Shown one piece after another: positions 16,953 through 24,844 of a stretch of DNA of 52,335 nucleotides (position 1 is the first letter of the stretch; the number at the start of each line of letters is the position of its first letter). Location of the stretch: positions 1-52,335 of the IMG/VR virus record IMGVR_UViG_3300036851_000202; one strand, 5' to 3'. The DNA comes from a virus. Taxonomy: Duplodnaviria > Caudoviricetes. A program made the position numbers and the translations under genes. The notes under the pieces are model-generated. The model did no database searches. It saw nothing but the letters and a program-made list of their open reading frames with translations, and was not told the origin of the DNA.

Positions 16953-17579
16953 TTAGCCTTTCACGTCGAGCAACAGTTCCGTCTTACCGATCTGGCCGAG
17001 CACTGCCGTTACGCTGGCGGCGTCCGTGATTGCTACCGTCATGCGGATATCGAGCGTTGAGCCGGGGGCAAGGCTGGTCGGCGTGATTACGAAATCCTTG
17101 TTGGCGTCGGTCAGGCTATTGATCGACTGTGCCGCGGTGGCGCAAATGTCGGAACCGATCCCGGCCTCGTCGTCGGACAGGTAAACCTCGAAATCCACGG
17201 TTGCCGTGCCGTCCGATACGGTCGTGAACATGCCGGCGTGAACGCGGATCGTGACGGATTGACCAGCCACGTATTCAGTCGGCAGGGTATAGGTCGTGCG
17301 GGCGCGTTGCGTAACGGTCGTGGTCTTTGCGTCCGACGTGCGGATGACCGGCGAAGCGCTGCCGAACGTCCCGCCGATCAACGCAAGGTCATCTGTCGCG
17401 GCCGTGCCGGGGAGATCGGTATGCAGAGCATCCCACACGCGCCACGTATGCAGCTCGATTGGATAGCGGGCGTTTTCCTCTTGCACGAGCTGCGCCCGCG
17501 TGAGCGCCTGCGGGGTACCGGTTGCCAGGATGCTGCCCTGCACCAACAAATCGCCGATGACCTGATTTGCAATCGCCAT
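16953..17579 (-). CDS. putative virion structural protein
   Basis: Thr/Ala-rich beta-type ORF with GGAGG RBS in the tail operon. Confidence 0.6.
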   Translation of the reverse strand: MAIANQVIGDLLVQGSILATGTPQALTRAQLVQEENARYPIELHTWRVWDALHTDLPGTAATDDLALIGGTFGSASPVIRTSDAKTTTVTQRARTTYTLPTEYVAGQSVTIRVHAGMFTTVSDGTATVDFEVYLSDDEAGIGSDICATAAQSINSLTDANKDFVITPTSLAPGSTLDIRMTVAITDAASVTAVLGQIGKTELLLDVKG

Positions 17580-17582
17580 GAT

Positions 17583-18380
17583 TTATCCTCCAAAGCCGAG
17601 GGCCGATGCGAGATCGACGCGCTCGTACACGCGCTCGATGTAAATGAACTCCGGCTGCTTGACCGCCTTGCCGCCGTCAACCGCGTCCTTCCACTTGATC
17701 CAGGCAACGTCCCAGCCGTCCTTCTCAATTCCGGTGATGGCCCCGATGACTTGATCCTGCAGGTTTTCCGAGCACGCGAATTGATAGCCGACCTCGGCTT
17801 CCGCTTCCGAGCCGTCCGAGCCGGTAGATCCCAGATAGAGCACTTCGCCGGGGTCGCAGGTCAGCATTGTTTCGCTGTTGACCTTGCCTGTCAGGCGGGC
17901 CAGGGTCTTCGCCATCGCGATCGTGACGACGCCTTGCGGGTGCTTGTACGTGACGTTCAGCTTCAGCGCCGGAATCACGATGTCCGCGCCTTCCACGTCG
18001 TCGCCATTCACGCCGATGAGCTGCTTGTAATCGGGCGGCGCGGTGCCGTAGCTGTTGACCGTTTCCTTCGATGCCTTGATGTGGAAGCTCCCGCCGGTTG
18101 TATCAAACGAGAAGGTCCATTGGCCGGTCGGCGGCTTGTTTCCCTTGCGCGCGTAGGGGATGGTCACAAGCCACTGATTGAAGCCGTTCGGATCGACGCG
18201 AATATCTTGCCGGTAGAGTGAGCCGTAGATGGTCGGATAAATCGAGCCGGTAACAGACATCGCGTAGGCGTGGACGAAACTCTCGTCCTGAGTGCCGCTG
18301 GCGCGAAAGCGGAGCGTGATCGTCGGCGGTTCGCCCGTCGAGTCGCGGCTATTCGGTAATTCGGCCCACTGGAAACTCAT
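17583..18380 (-). CDS. putative distal tail/tail hub protein
   Basis: Immediately after the tape measure gene. Confidence 0.6.
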   Translation of the reverse strand: MSFQWAELPNSRDSTGEPPTITLRFRASGTQDESFVHAYAMSVTGSIYPTIYGSLYRQDIRVDPNGFNQWLVTIPYARKGNKPPTGQWTFSFDTTGGSFHIKASKETVNSYGTAPPDYKQLIGVNGDDVEGADIVIPALKLNVTYKHPQGVVTIAMAKTLARLTGKVNSETMLTCDPGEVLYLGSTGSDGSEAEAEVGYQFACSENLQDQVIGAITGIEKDGWDVAWIKWKDAVDGGKAVKQPEFIYIERVYERVDLASALGFGG

Positions 18381-19978
18381 GTGAATTTGCGGTTGAGTTT
18401 TTCCTTCAGCGTGACGTGATCCTGGTGCAGCACGTCCAGCTTTTCGACGGTCTTTTCGGTCGCCTTTGCAATCCGCTGGGCAGGTCCGCCGCCACCCTGC
18501 CCGGCCGCCAGCAGAGCCGCACCGGAGAAGGTCACGGTCGAAAACTTGGCCTCGGCCAGCGATTCAGCACTCACGTCAGGGCGCCGGCCAGGCCCCGCAC
18601 CAGCGGCGGACGCGGCGAAGGCACGCATGGCGGCCAGCTCCGCCCGTAGTTGATCCAGTTCGGCACGGGCTTCGTCTGCCCCGCCGATCGCCGACTTCAG
18701 GAATGAGTCGAGTGATCCTTCGGCCTTGCGCTGCTGGGCGCTTGCCGCCGCGCCGACTGCCGCAGTTGCCGAGCCGATGACTGCACTGCCAGCCGCCCCT
18801 AGACTAGGTAGCCCGCCCGCGCCGAGCGCCCCGGCTGCACCGCCCAGCGCCCCGGCGATGGCCCCTCCGCCCGGCAGCGATCCTAGAGCAGCCCCCAGGC
18901 CGCCCATCGCTGTACTGATTCCAGCAGCAACGCCGCGCCACATGCTTTCGATTTGCCGCATGGCGTCCGCGAAGGCATCGACCATGCCCGATACGAAAGC
19001 ATCCCAGAGGGCGGCAGCGCCTTTGATTACGACGTCGAACGCGCCAGCCAGGTCGCCTTGCAGGATCTTGCTGGAAAACACCAGCACGGCATCCCCGAGT
19101 GCTCCGAATTGGGCCATGATGCCGTCAACCGCCTCCAGAAACGCCAGCCGCATGCTGCCGGCGGCGATTTCCACGGCAAGCTGAAACTGCCCGGCAATCA
19201 GGGCGTCGGCAATCCCACCCAGGGCTTCGCCGATCGTCCCGAGCACCGGGACCATCTGCACCAGGGCATCAAGCGTGTTCTGGATTCCGCCGCCTTGCAG
19301 CCAGCGGTTGAATGCCCCGCCAATGTTCCTGACGATCTCCAGCACGGGCAGGATGGCCGGGGCGAGGGCGGAACCGATCTCGAATGCGGTAGCCCCGATG
19401 ACGCTCTGCACGGCGTCCCAAGCGTCCCCAAGGCGGTCGGCCATTTCCACAGCCTCATCGGACGGCGCGAGCCCCAAGTCGCGGGCCTCTTTGCGGAGGG
19501 CTGCAAGGTTCTCGATCATGGGCAGCAGCTTGGTTCCCGACTTGCCCCAATTCTCAATGGCCGCCTGAGTGCGTTTGGCCGGGTCTTGAATGGCCGCGAT
19601 CTTGGCTGCCACTTCATCGAAGGTTCCTTTGATCCCCTTCTTTTGCATCATGCGGATGGCTGTTTCCACGTCCTCGATGCTGGCCCCCGATTGCTCCGCG
19701 GCAAACTTCAGCTCCCCGAGCGAGCTGGCCGCCACGCCCGTACGCGCGGACATATCAGCGAGAGCGCTGCCGGCGCTCATAAAGTGCTTAACGGCATTGA
19801 GAAGGTGTTGGCCGATCCGCACGCCCATATCGGCAACCAGCTTCCCGATGCTGACGATGCCGCTGCCGAACGTCTTCAGGATGTTACTGGCCGCCGCGAG
19901 GCCGCTGGCCCATGCGCCCTTCTTGACGAAGAGCTCCACGAATGCCCGGCCCGCCTGGATATCCCCTCTGCCTGCCAT
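18377..19978 (-). CDS. tail tape measure protein
   Basis: AGRAFVEL N-terminus, ADMSARTGVA...L.FAAEQSG, Ala/Gly-rich helices; follows the chaperones. Confidence 0.9.
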   Translation of the reverse strand: MAGRGDIQAGRAFVELFVKKGAWASGLAAASNILKTFGSGIVSIGKLVADMGVRIGQHLLNAVKHFMSAGSALADMSARTGVAASSLGELKFAAEQSGASIEDVETAIRMMQKKGIKGTFDEVAAKIAAIQDPAKRTQAAIENWGKSGTKLLPMIENLAALRKEARDLGLAPSDEAVEMADRLGDAWDAVQSVIGATAFEIGSALAPAILPVLEIVRNIGGAFNRWLQGGGIQNTLDALVQMVPVLGTIGEALGGIADALIAGQFQLAVEIAAGSMRLAFLEAVDGIMAQFGALGDAVLVFSSKILQGDLAGAFDVVIKGAAALWDAFVSGMVDAFADAMRQIESMWRGVAAGISTAMGGLGAALGSLPGGGAIAGALGGAAGALGAGGLPSLGAAGSAVIGSATAAVGAAASAQQRKAEGSLDSFLKSAIGGADEARAELDQLRAELAAMRAFAASAAGAGPGRRPDVSAESLAEAKFSTVTFSGAALLAAGQGGGGPAQRIAKATEKTVEKLDVLHQDHVTLKEKLNRKFT

Positions 19979-19982
19979 CTGA

Positions 19983-20459
19983 TTACTCCTTGGGGATAAT
20001 CAGCTTGCCGCCGTTGGCGACGATGGCTGCAACCGCCTCATCGACTCCAGGCACATAGGGCATCGGCATGGCTGCGAGGTTGGTCATTTGTCCGCGCTTC
20101 ACATATTCCGCGAGGTTGAGTTTCGTTTCGTCGCTGAACAAGGCCCACACCAACTGCGCCTGGTGAACCGCCATCAGCCGATCATGCCGCTGCCGGCCAA
20201 CCGCCATGCTGAACAGTTCCCGGCAGGTCAATCCTTCGGACCTGGTTCCAACGATTCCGGCGAGTTCGTAGCACCATTCAACGATGTCAAAGCCGCCTGA
20301 ATCTTCCGATCCATTTCCTTCTCCGCCGCCGTCAGCAGCTTCTGCTCCAGCGCCGGGTCGTTCAGTTTCGCCATCGCCAGGGCCGTCGCCTTGGCCGTCA
20401 CGGCTGCTTGCTTGTCGGCGAGGGAACGCAGCAGCGATCGTTTCCGCTCGGGGAAAAAA
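19983..20459 (-). CDS. tail assembly chaperone GT extension (-1 frame)
   Basis: WCYELAGIVG....LTCRELFSMA; open in the -1 frame from the slippery site at 20459-20453. Confidence 0.6.
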   Translation of the reverse strand, partial: FFPRAETIAAAFPRRQASSRDGQGDGPGDGETERPGAGAEAADGGGEGNGSEDSGGFDIVEWCYELAGIVGTRSEGLTCRELFSMAVGRQRHDRLMAVHQAQLVWALFSDETKLNLAEYVKRGQMTNLAAMPMPYVPGVDEAVAAIVANGGKLIIPKE

Positions 20460-20734
20460 TCGAGCCACGCATCGGTGAGGGCTTTCGTCGCGTGGCCCAG
20501 CGGGTCGCCGAAAATCGCCTCGGCAAATTGCCGGTCTGTCGTGCCGTTCGCCTGACCGCGGCAGAGAACCCACAGCACGTCGAGCAACAGGACTGGATCG
20601 GCGTCGAGCTTATTGAAAAACTCGCCGTCCATCGCCCCCATGTTGATCTCGCAAACCGTCCGCACTTCGCGAATGGTCGGGGCGTCGATCTTGATTTGCC
20701 AATCGCGTCCGTTGGCATCCTTGAAACACGGCAT
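20228..20734 (-). CDS. tail assembly chaperone (G)
   Basis: FKDANGRDW...LDFFP; between the tail tube and tape measure genes. Confidence 0.75.
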   Translation of the reverse strand: MPCFKDANGRDWQIKIDAPTIREVRTVCEINMGAMDGEFFNKLDADPVLLLDVLWVLCRGQANGTTDRQFAEAIFGDPLGHATKALTDAWLDFFPERKRSLLRSLADKQAAVTAKATALAMAKLNDPALEQKLLTAAEKEMDRKIQAALTSLNGATNSPESLEPGPKD

Positions 20735-20742
20735 GGAAGCTC

Positions 20743-21156
20743 CTATGGGACTGCCACGCCAGCGTTCTTGACGACGAGCGATAGTTGGCTAGCTGTGATG
20801 CCGACGCCAAGCACGCAGACGTAATGGCCTGAGGCAAGATCGGCTACAGGCGCAATCCCTCCCGCCGTTGCCGACTGGACATAAACCGTTCCCACCGTGA
20901 CGGTAAAGCCAGGATCAAGCGTTCCGCCGCCGATGGCCACCTTGACCGGCTGGCCCGAAACACCGCCATTTAGCGCGATGCCCTTGACCGTAGCGGTCGC
21001 GGCGCTGGCGTTGGCGTCGGCGAGTTTGAACGTGTTGGTGGTCGTGTCGAGATAAACCGTCTGGCCGGCTGTGACCGTGGCCCCAAGAATGCCGTCAGTG
21101 GAAATGGTGCCGGAGTCCGCCAGCACTTCCGTGGCAACTACTGTTACATCAGCCAT
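20743..21156 (-). CDS. putative virion accessory protein
   Basis: GATVTAGQTVY...LADANA...GIALNG...GQPV; in the structural operon. Confidence 0.6.
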   Translation of the reverse strand: MADVTVVATEVLADSGTISTDGILGATVTAGQTVYLDTTTNTFKLADANASAATATVKGIALNGGVSGQPVKVAIGGGTLDPGFTVTVGTVYVQSATAGGIAPVADLASGHYVCVLGVGITASQLSLVVKNAGVAVP

Positions 21157-21174
21157 GATGGCGTTCCTTTTGCG

Positions 21175-21600
21175 TTAGACGTTCAGTTGCGGGGCGCGGC
21201 CGGAGGAGTCGGTCGGGGTCGCCGTAAACTCAAAAGTGTTCTGGCCTTTGAGCGGCATCCCGTTTTTGACCGACAGCGTGCAGTCGCCGTCATATCCGAG
21301 CCCGCTGGAATAGCTCTTGGTGCGCAGGGCGACCGCCGCGCCAGTGCGCTGGGCCGCCAGCAACGCAACGAGCGTCGTATCGTCGGTCTTCAGGATCATC
21401 GTCCAAGTAATCGTCGCCTTCAGGGCAACAACATCTTCGGTGACGATCGGCACGCTGGACCCCGCGCCGCGGACGGTGGTTTCCGCCTTCTCCGGCTCAG
21501 TCGTGTAATCCAGGTCGGTCGCGTTGGTTACTTGGGTTGCCGCCGTGGAACCAGCAGTCCCGTAATACAGAAGACCCTGCCAGCCGCTTTTGCTCGCCAT
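21175..21600 (-). CDS. major tail tube protein
   Basis: 141 aa; KSGWQGLLYYGTAG...AETTVRG; canonical position. Confidence 0.75.
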   Translation of the reverse strand: MASKSGWQGLLYYGTAGSTAATQVTNATDLDYTTEPEKAETTVRGAGSSVPIVTEDVVALKATITWTMILKTDDTTLVALLAAQRTGAAVALRTKSYSSGLGYDGDCTLSVKNGMPLKGQNTFEFTATPTDSSGRAPQLNV

Positions 21601-21603
21601 GAT

Positions 21604-21996
21604 TTATTCTCCGATGCTCCCCACCCAATCTTGGGCGAAGCGCGGGACGTTTCTTTCCAGTGCCGGCCCCATGTAGGACCGCTCGGGGTAATCCTGACCG
21701 CGAAACTCCTCGCCAAATTCATGCGCTGCCCCCGCCTCGCCGACGATGGAATGCATCGGGCCGATGACCGCGCCTTCCTTGTTGGCGTCAAATCGAACCG
21801 CCCGGCGCAGATATGCCCCGCGGTGGGTGTGCGGCGGGGTACCAGGGGAGGACGGCCCCTCGGCAGTGACCAGGGAAGCCTTCGCGTCCTTGCTGATTCG
21901 CGCCGCGGCGTGGCTGAAGTTGCGAAACGCGGCCCCCTCGGCGGCCTTGGCGATCCGCTTGGTCGTGTCTTCGCTATGAAACAGGAAGCCGATCAT
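21604..21996 (-). CDS. neck/tail completion protein (HK97 gp10-like)
   Basis: PSSPGTPPHTHRG...HEFG...YPERSYMGPAL. Confidence 0.7.
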   Translation of the reverse strand: MIGFLFHSEDTTKRIAKAAEGAAFRNFSHAAARISKDAKASLVTAEGPSSPGTPPHTHRGAYLRRAVRFDANKEGAVIGPMHSIVGEAGAAHEFGEEFRGQDYPERSYMGPALERNVPRFAQDWVGSIGE

Positions 21997-22475
21997 GGGT
22001 CTGTGCTGGCGTCGAATGTCAGGCGGATGATTCCGGTGTACTGGTTGAACTCCCGCAGGTGCTTGTGCATGACCGCAGCGATAATTTCCGTGCTCTTCCA
22101 TCGCGGCGGGTTAGTGGCGGTCAGCGCGCAGGGGGTAAAGTGTTCGGTGACTTCCTCGATCAGTGCCACCAATTCATCAACCGCTTCCAGGGTCAACCGG
22201 CCGTCGTCATTGCTGGCGTCGGCTGGCTCAAACTTCTTGCGAAATACGATGTCCGTCGCTGGTTCGTAGGCGACACTGCCGCCGCTCGTTTCCAGGTCGG
22301 TGACTACCCGCGACACGGGGACTACATCGCAGATGAGAATGCCGCGTTGGGCCTCGTCATCCAGCGCTAAATCCCAGTCCGCGTAACTCCTTTCAGCGGT
22401 AAATTCCAGGGCGAAGGCATGGCCGTTCAGTTCCGCGGTCACTGCATCGGCGGTTTGGATCAGCACCGCGGTCAT
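21993..22475 (-). CDS. putative tail terminator
   Basis: Size and position between head closure and neck genes. Confidence 0.55.
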   Translation of the reverse strand: MTAVLIQTADAVTAELNGHAFALEFTAERSYADWDLALDDEAQRGILICDVVPVSRVVTDLETSGGSVAYEPATDIVFRKKFEPADASNDDGRLTLEAVDELVALIEEVTEHFTPCALTATNPPRWKSTEIIAAVMHKHLREFNQYTGIIRLTFDASTDP

Positions 22476-22849
22476 CAGGCCACTTTCTTCGTGTGAACCT
22501 TCAAGAGGAGTCCCGACGTGTCCATCCGCTCATAGCAAGGCCGTTTGCCGATGGGCAGCACTTCGTAGGTTTCCTCATTGCCGTTGATCGTCACCGTCCA
22601 CAAGTCGCGCGGCCGCGGCACAACCAGGTCGCCGCCGATGGTCAAATCCGTCGCCGTGAACGTCCAGTCGTGAGCCAGAATCGTGGTCAAGACGTTGTTG
22701 GCGTCGATGACCTCGTATTCCTGCATCACCACCGTTGCGGTCAGGGATGCCGTTTGCTGGCTTCCCTGCTTGTAGGTTCCGACGTGGCCGGCCACCGTCT
22801 TCAGCTTGGCGCCGAGCCAGGCGGCTCCGCGTTGCATCAGGGTCGGCAT
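22475..22849 (-). CDS. putative head-tail joining (head closure) protein
   Basis: 124 aa; PRPRD...YEVLP...LLKVHTK; position. Confidence 0.6.
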   Translation of the reverse strand: MPTLMQRGAAWLGAKLKTVAGHVGTYKQGSQQTASLTATVVMQEYEVIDANNVLTTILAHDWTFTATDLTIGGDLVVPRPRDLWTVTINGNEETYEVLPIGKRPCYERMDTSGLLLKVHTKKVA

Positions 22850-22852
22850 CGG

Positions 22853-23233
22853 TTAGTTCACGTTGTGATACGGGGCGTGAATGGCCTTGGCGGTCGAGTT
22901 CGCCCCGCCGCCGCCGCTCGCCGCGATCCAACCGAACACGGCATTGTTGGTCGAAACGGTCGTCACCTTGTTATTGGTGTCGTCCCAGTAAACCTTCTTG
23001 CCGTTGGCGGCGTTGTTCAGGTTCACCACGTCATAGACGCCGCCGCCGACGGCGAGGGCGCCGAGTTCGTTGTTGGCGATGGGGCGATGGGCGATACAAG
23101 CCACGGCTCCTTCACCTGCGGTATTCGCGGTGACGCTGCCCAGCAGGACCACTTGGCCCTCAGTGATTGCGCCAGCGGCGGGCGTGTAATCGACCATCGT
23201 CGGAGCGCCATGCCGAAAGGTTGCTTCAGCCAT
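22853..23233 (-). CDS. DUF2190-like capsid cement protein
   Basis: VDYTP....I..GQVV...GALAVGGGVYDV...GKKVYWD. Confidence 0.75.
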   Translation of the reverse strand: MAEATFRHGAPTMVDYTPAAGAITEGQVVLLGSVTANTAGEGAVACIAHRPIANNELGALAVGGGVYDVVNLNNAANGKKVYWDDTNNKVTTVSTNNAVFGWIAASGGGGANSTAKAIHAPYHNVN

Positions 23234-23236
23234 GAT

Positions 23237-24511
23237 TTAGACCTCCAGAGGAATTGCAGCCGGTGGACGAACCACGGCCAAAGTGTCGGTAACGGAAATC
23301 AGCTCTGCGCCGGAAGCGAGAAACTCGTCAACCGCCTCCTGCACCTCGAAGTCGAGATTGTTCGCGTAGTCGTGAAATGCGATCAGCCCGCCCGGCTTGA
23401 GAACAGCCTGCGCCTTGCGGATATCGGCCCTGACGGATTCCAGGTCGTGCGCACCGTCGATGAATGCCAAGTCGTATTCAGGCAGCGGTATCTCCGCGTC
23501 GGGATGGCATACGATGACCTTGCCAGCAACCCCGTAGCGTTCCAGGTTCTTGTCAAACATCGCGCGGGTATCGTGCCGGCAAATCGTTGCGCCGCGGCTG
23601 TCGAAGTAATCGACCGCTGTCACGGATTCGGCCGCGCGGGCAATACAGATTGTCGAGCGACCGCAGTAGCTCCCGATCTCCAGTACACGCTTGCCGGCAG
23701 ACAGCTCCGCCAATTTCTTGCCCTCAGCCGGCAAGAGCCAGCCGGGCACGTCATGGGGAAAGGCACCCGGGACCGGACTGACGCGCACCACCTCTTTGTC
23801 GAAGGCGTCCTGCCGCGAGTCGCGAACCAGCGAGAATTCCACGTCGCCGGTATGAACTAGGTTGATCTTTCGCGTGGCCCCGATCTTCAGGCCGAGTTCG
23901 TGGCAGAGACGCGAGAAAAACCAATCCTCCGGCTCTGTTTGGGCCTGATAACGGTTGCACGCGCGGTTAAACACGATGCGGTCGTTGATCTGGAAATGGA
24001 CCTCGCGGCACCACTCCTGATTCCACTTAGCTAACCAGCAGCCGGTATTGAGCAACAGCGGTCTGCCAAGGTCGTCGCTGGTGAAGGTTTCCGGCAGTTC
24101 GTAGCAATCGTGGATCGACAAACGGGCGTGCGGCATCCAGGTATCGTTTTCCCGGTGCAGTGCCAGGCTCGTCATGCCGCGGGTATCCTTGATCGGCACG
24201 GCCGCCCCGAGCACGTCGAGCTGCTTCGCTTCCAACTCGTCAATCAGTTTGTCAAGCCAGAAGTCTTCCGGCCCGATATCGTCATGGAGCATGGCGAAGT
24301 AATCGACGCGCCCGCCCTGGTGGACAAGGTTTAGCGCCGCGCACCAAAGCTGGTTGAAGTTGGACGCCAGCAGTGAGCCGTTCTGGTAGGCGTTCCAGAC
24401 TTGTTGCATGTCCGCGCAGGCGCGCCAGAAGCCACGGCCAGCGGCTGCGGTCTGCTTTCCGTAGCCGGGCATTCCAAGGAAGATTCGGCGGTCTGGTGAT
24501 GGCGTGCTCAT
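23237..24511 (-). CDS. glycosyltransferase (GT-A) fused to a class I SAM methyltransferase
   Basis: N-terminal IFLGMP...YFAMLHDDI...NTGCWL...EDWFFS; C-terminal VLEIGSYCGRST...FIDGAH...LKPGGLIAFHDY. Confidence 0.85.
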   Translation of the reverse strand: MSTPSPDRRIFLGMPGYGKQTAAAGRGFWRACADMQQVWNAYQNGSLLASNFNQLWCAALNLVHQGGRVDYFAMLHDDIGPEDFWLDKLIDELEAKQLDVLGAAVPIKDTRGMTSLALHRENDTWMPHARLSIHDCYELPETFTSDDLGRPLLLNTGCWLAKWNQEWCREVHFQINDRIVFNRACNRYQAQTEPEDWFFSRLCHELGLKIGATRKINLVHTGDVEFSLVRDSRQDAFDKEVVRVSPVPGAFPHDVPGWLLPAEGKKLAELSAGKRVLEIGSYCGRSTICIARAAESVTAVDYFDSRGATICRHDTRAMFDKNLERYGVAGKVIVCHPDAEIPLPEYDLAFIDGAHDLESVRADIRKAQAVLKPGGLIAFHDYANNLDFEVQEAVDEFLASGAELISVTDTLAVVRPPAAIPLEV

Positions 24512-24759
24512 TTGGCGGGTGCGGTAACTTCAGATTGCTTGGCGACACCATGAACCTTGCTGGCAGGCTTCAGGAGCGACACGTAACCACGGCCGCCCTT
24601 GCTCTTTGGGCCGGTCAGGTAGGCGGCGGCGGCATCCGGCAAATCGACAACGGTTCCTGCCGTCAAATGCTCGGGATCGAGGGAAAGCGATGCGCCGAAA
24701 TCGGCATTGCACCGCCGCGCATCGGACATGCCAAGGTTGCTGAGCAATTCGTACTTCAT
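24508..24759 (-). CDS. hypothetical protein after the capsid gene
   Basis: MKYELLSN...; GAGG RBS. Confidence 0.55.
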   Translation of the reverse strand: MKYELLSNLGMSDARRCNADFGASLSLDPEHLTAGTVVDLPDAAAAYLTGPKSKGGRGYVSLLKPASKVHGVAKQSEVTAPAK

Positions 24760-24764
24760 CGAAA

Positions 24765-24820
24765 GGTTCCTCTCTGACAAGGTGAAGCCGCCCGCCGGGG
24801 TTCACCTTGTCGGGAGAACC
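24765..24820. promoter_or_regulatory. long hairpin downstream of the capsid gene
   Basis: GACAAGGTGAA (24776-86) pairs with TTCACCTTGTC (24801-11), extendable outwards; no U-tract. Confidence 0.55.
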
Positions 24821-24844
24821 CGCGGACGGGCAGCCTGTTAGTGG

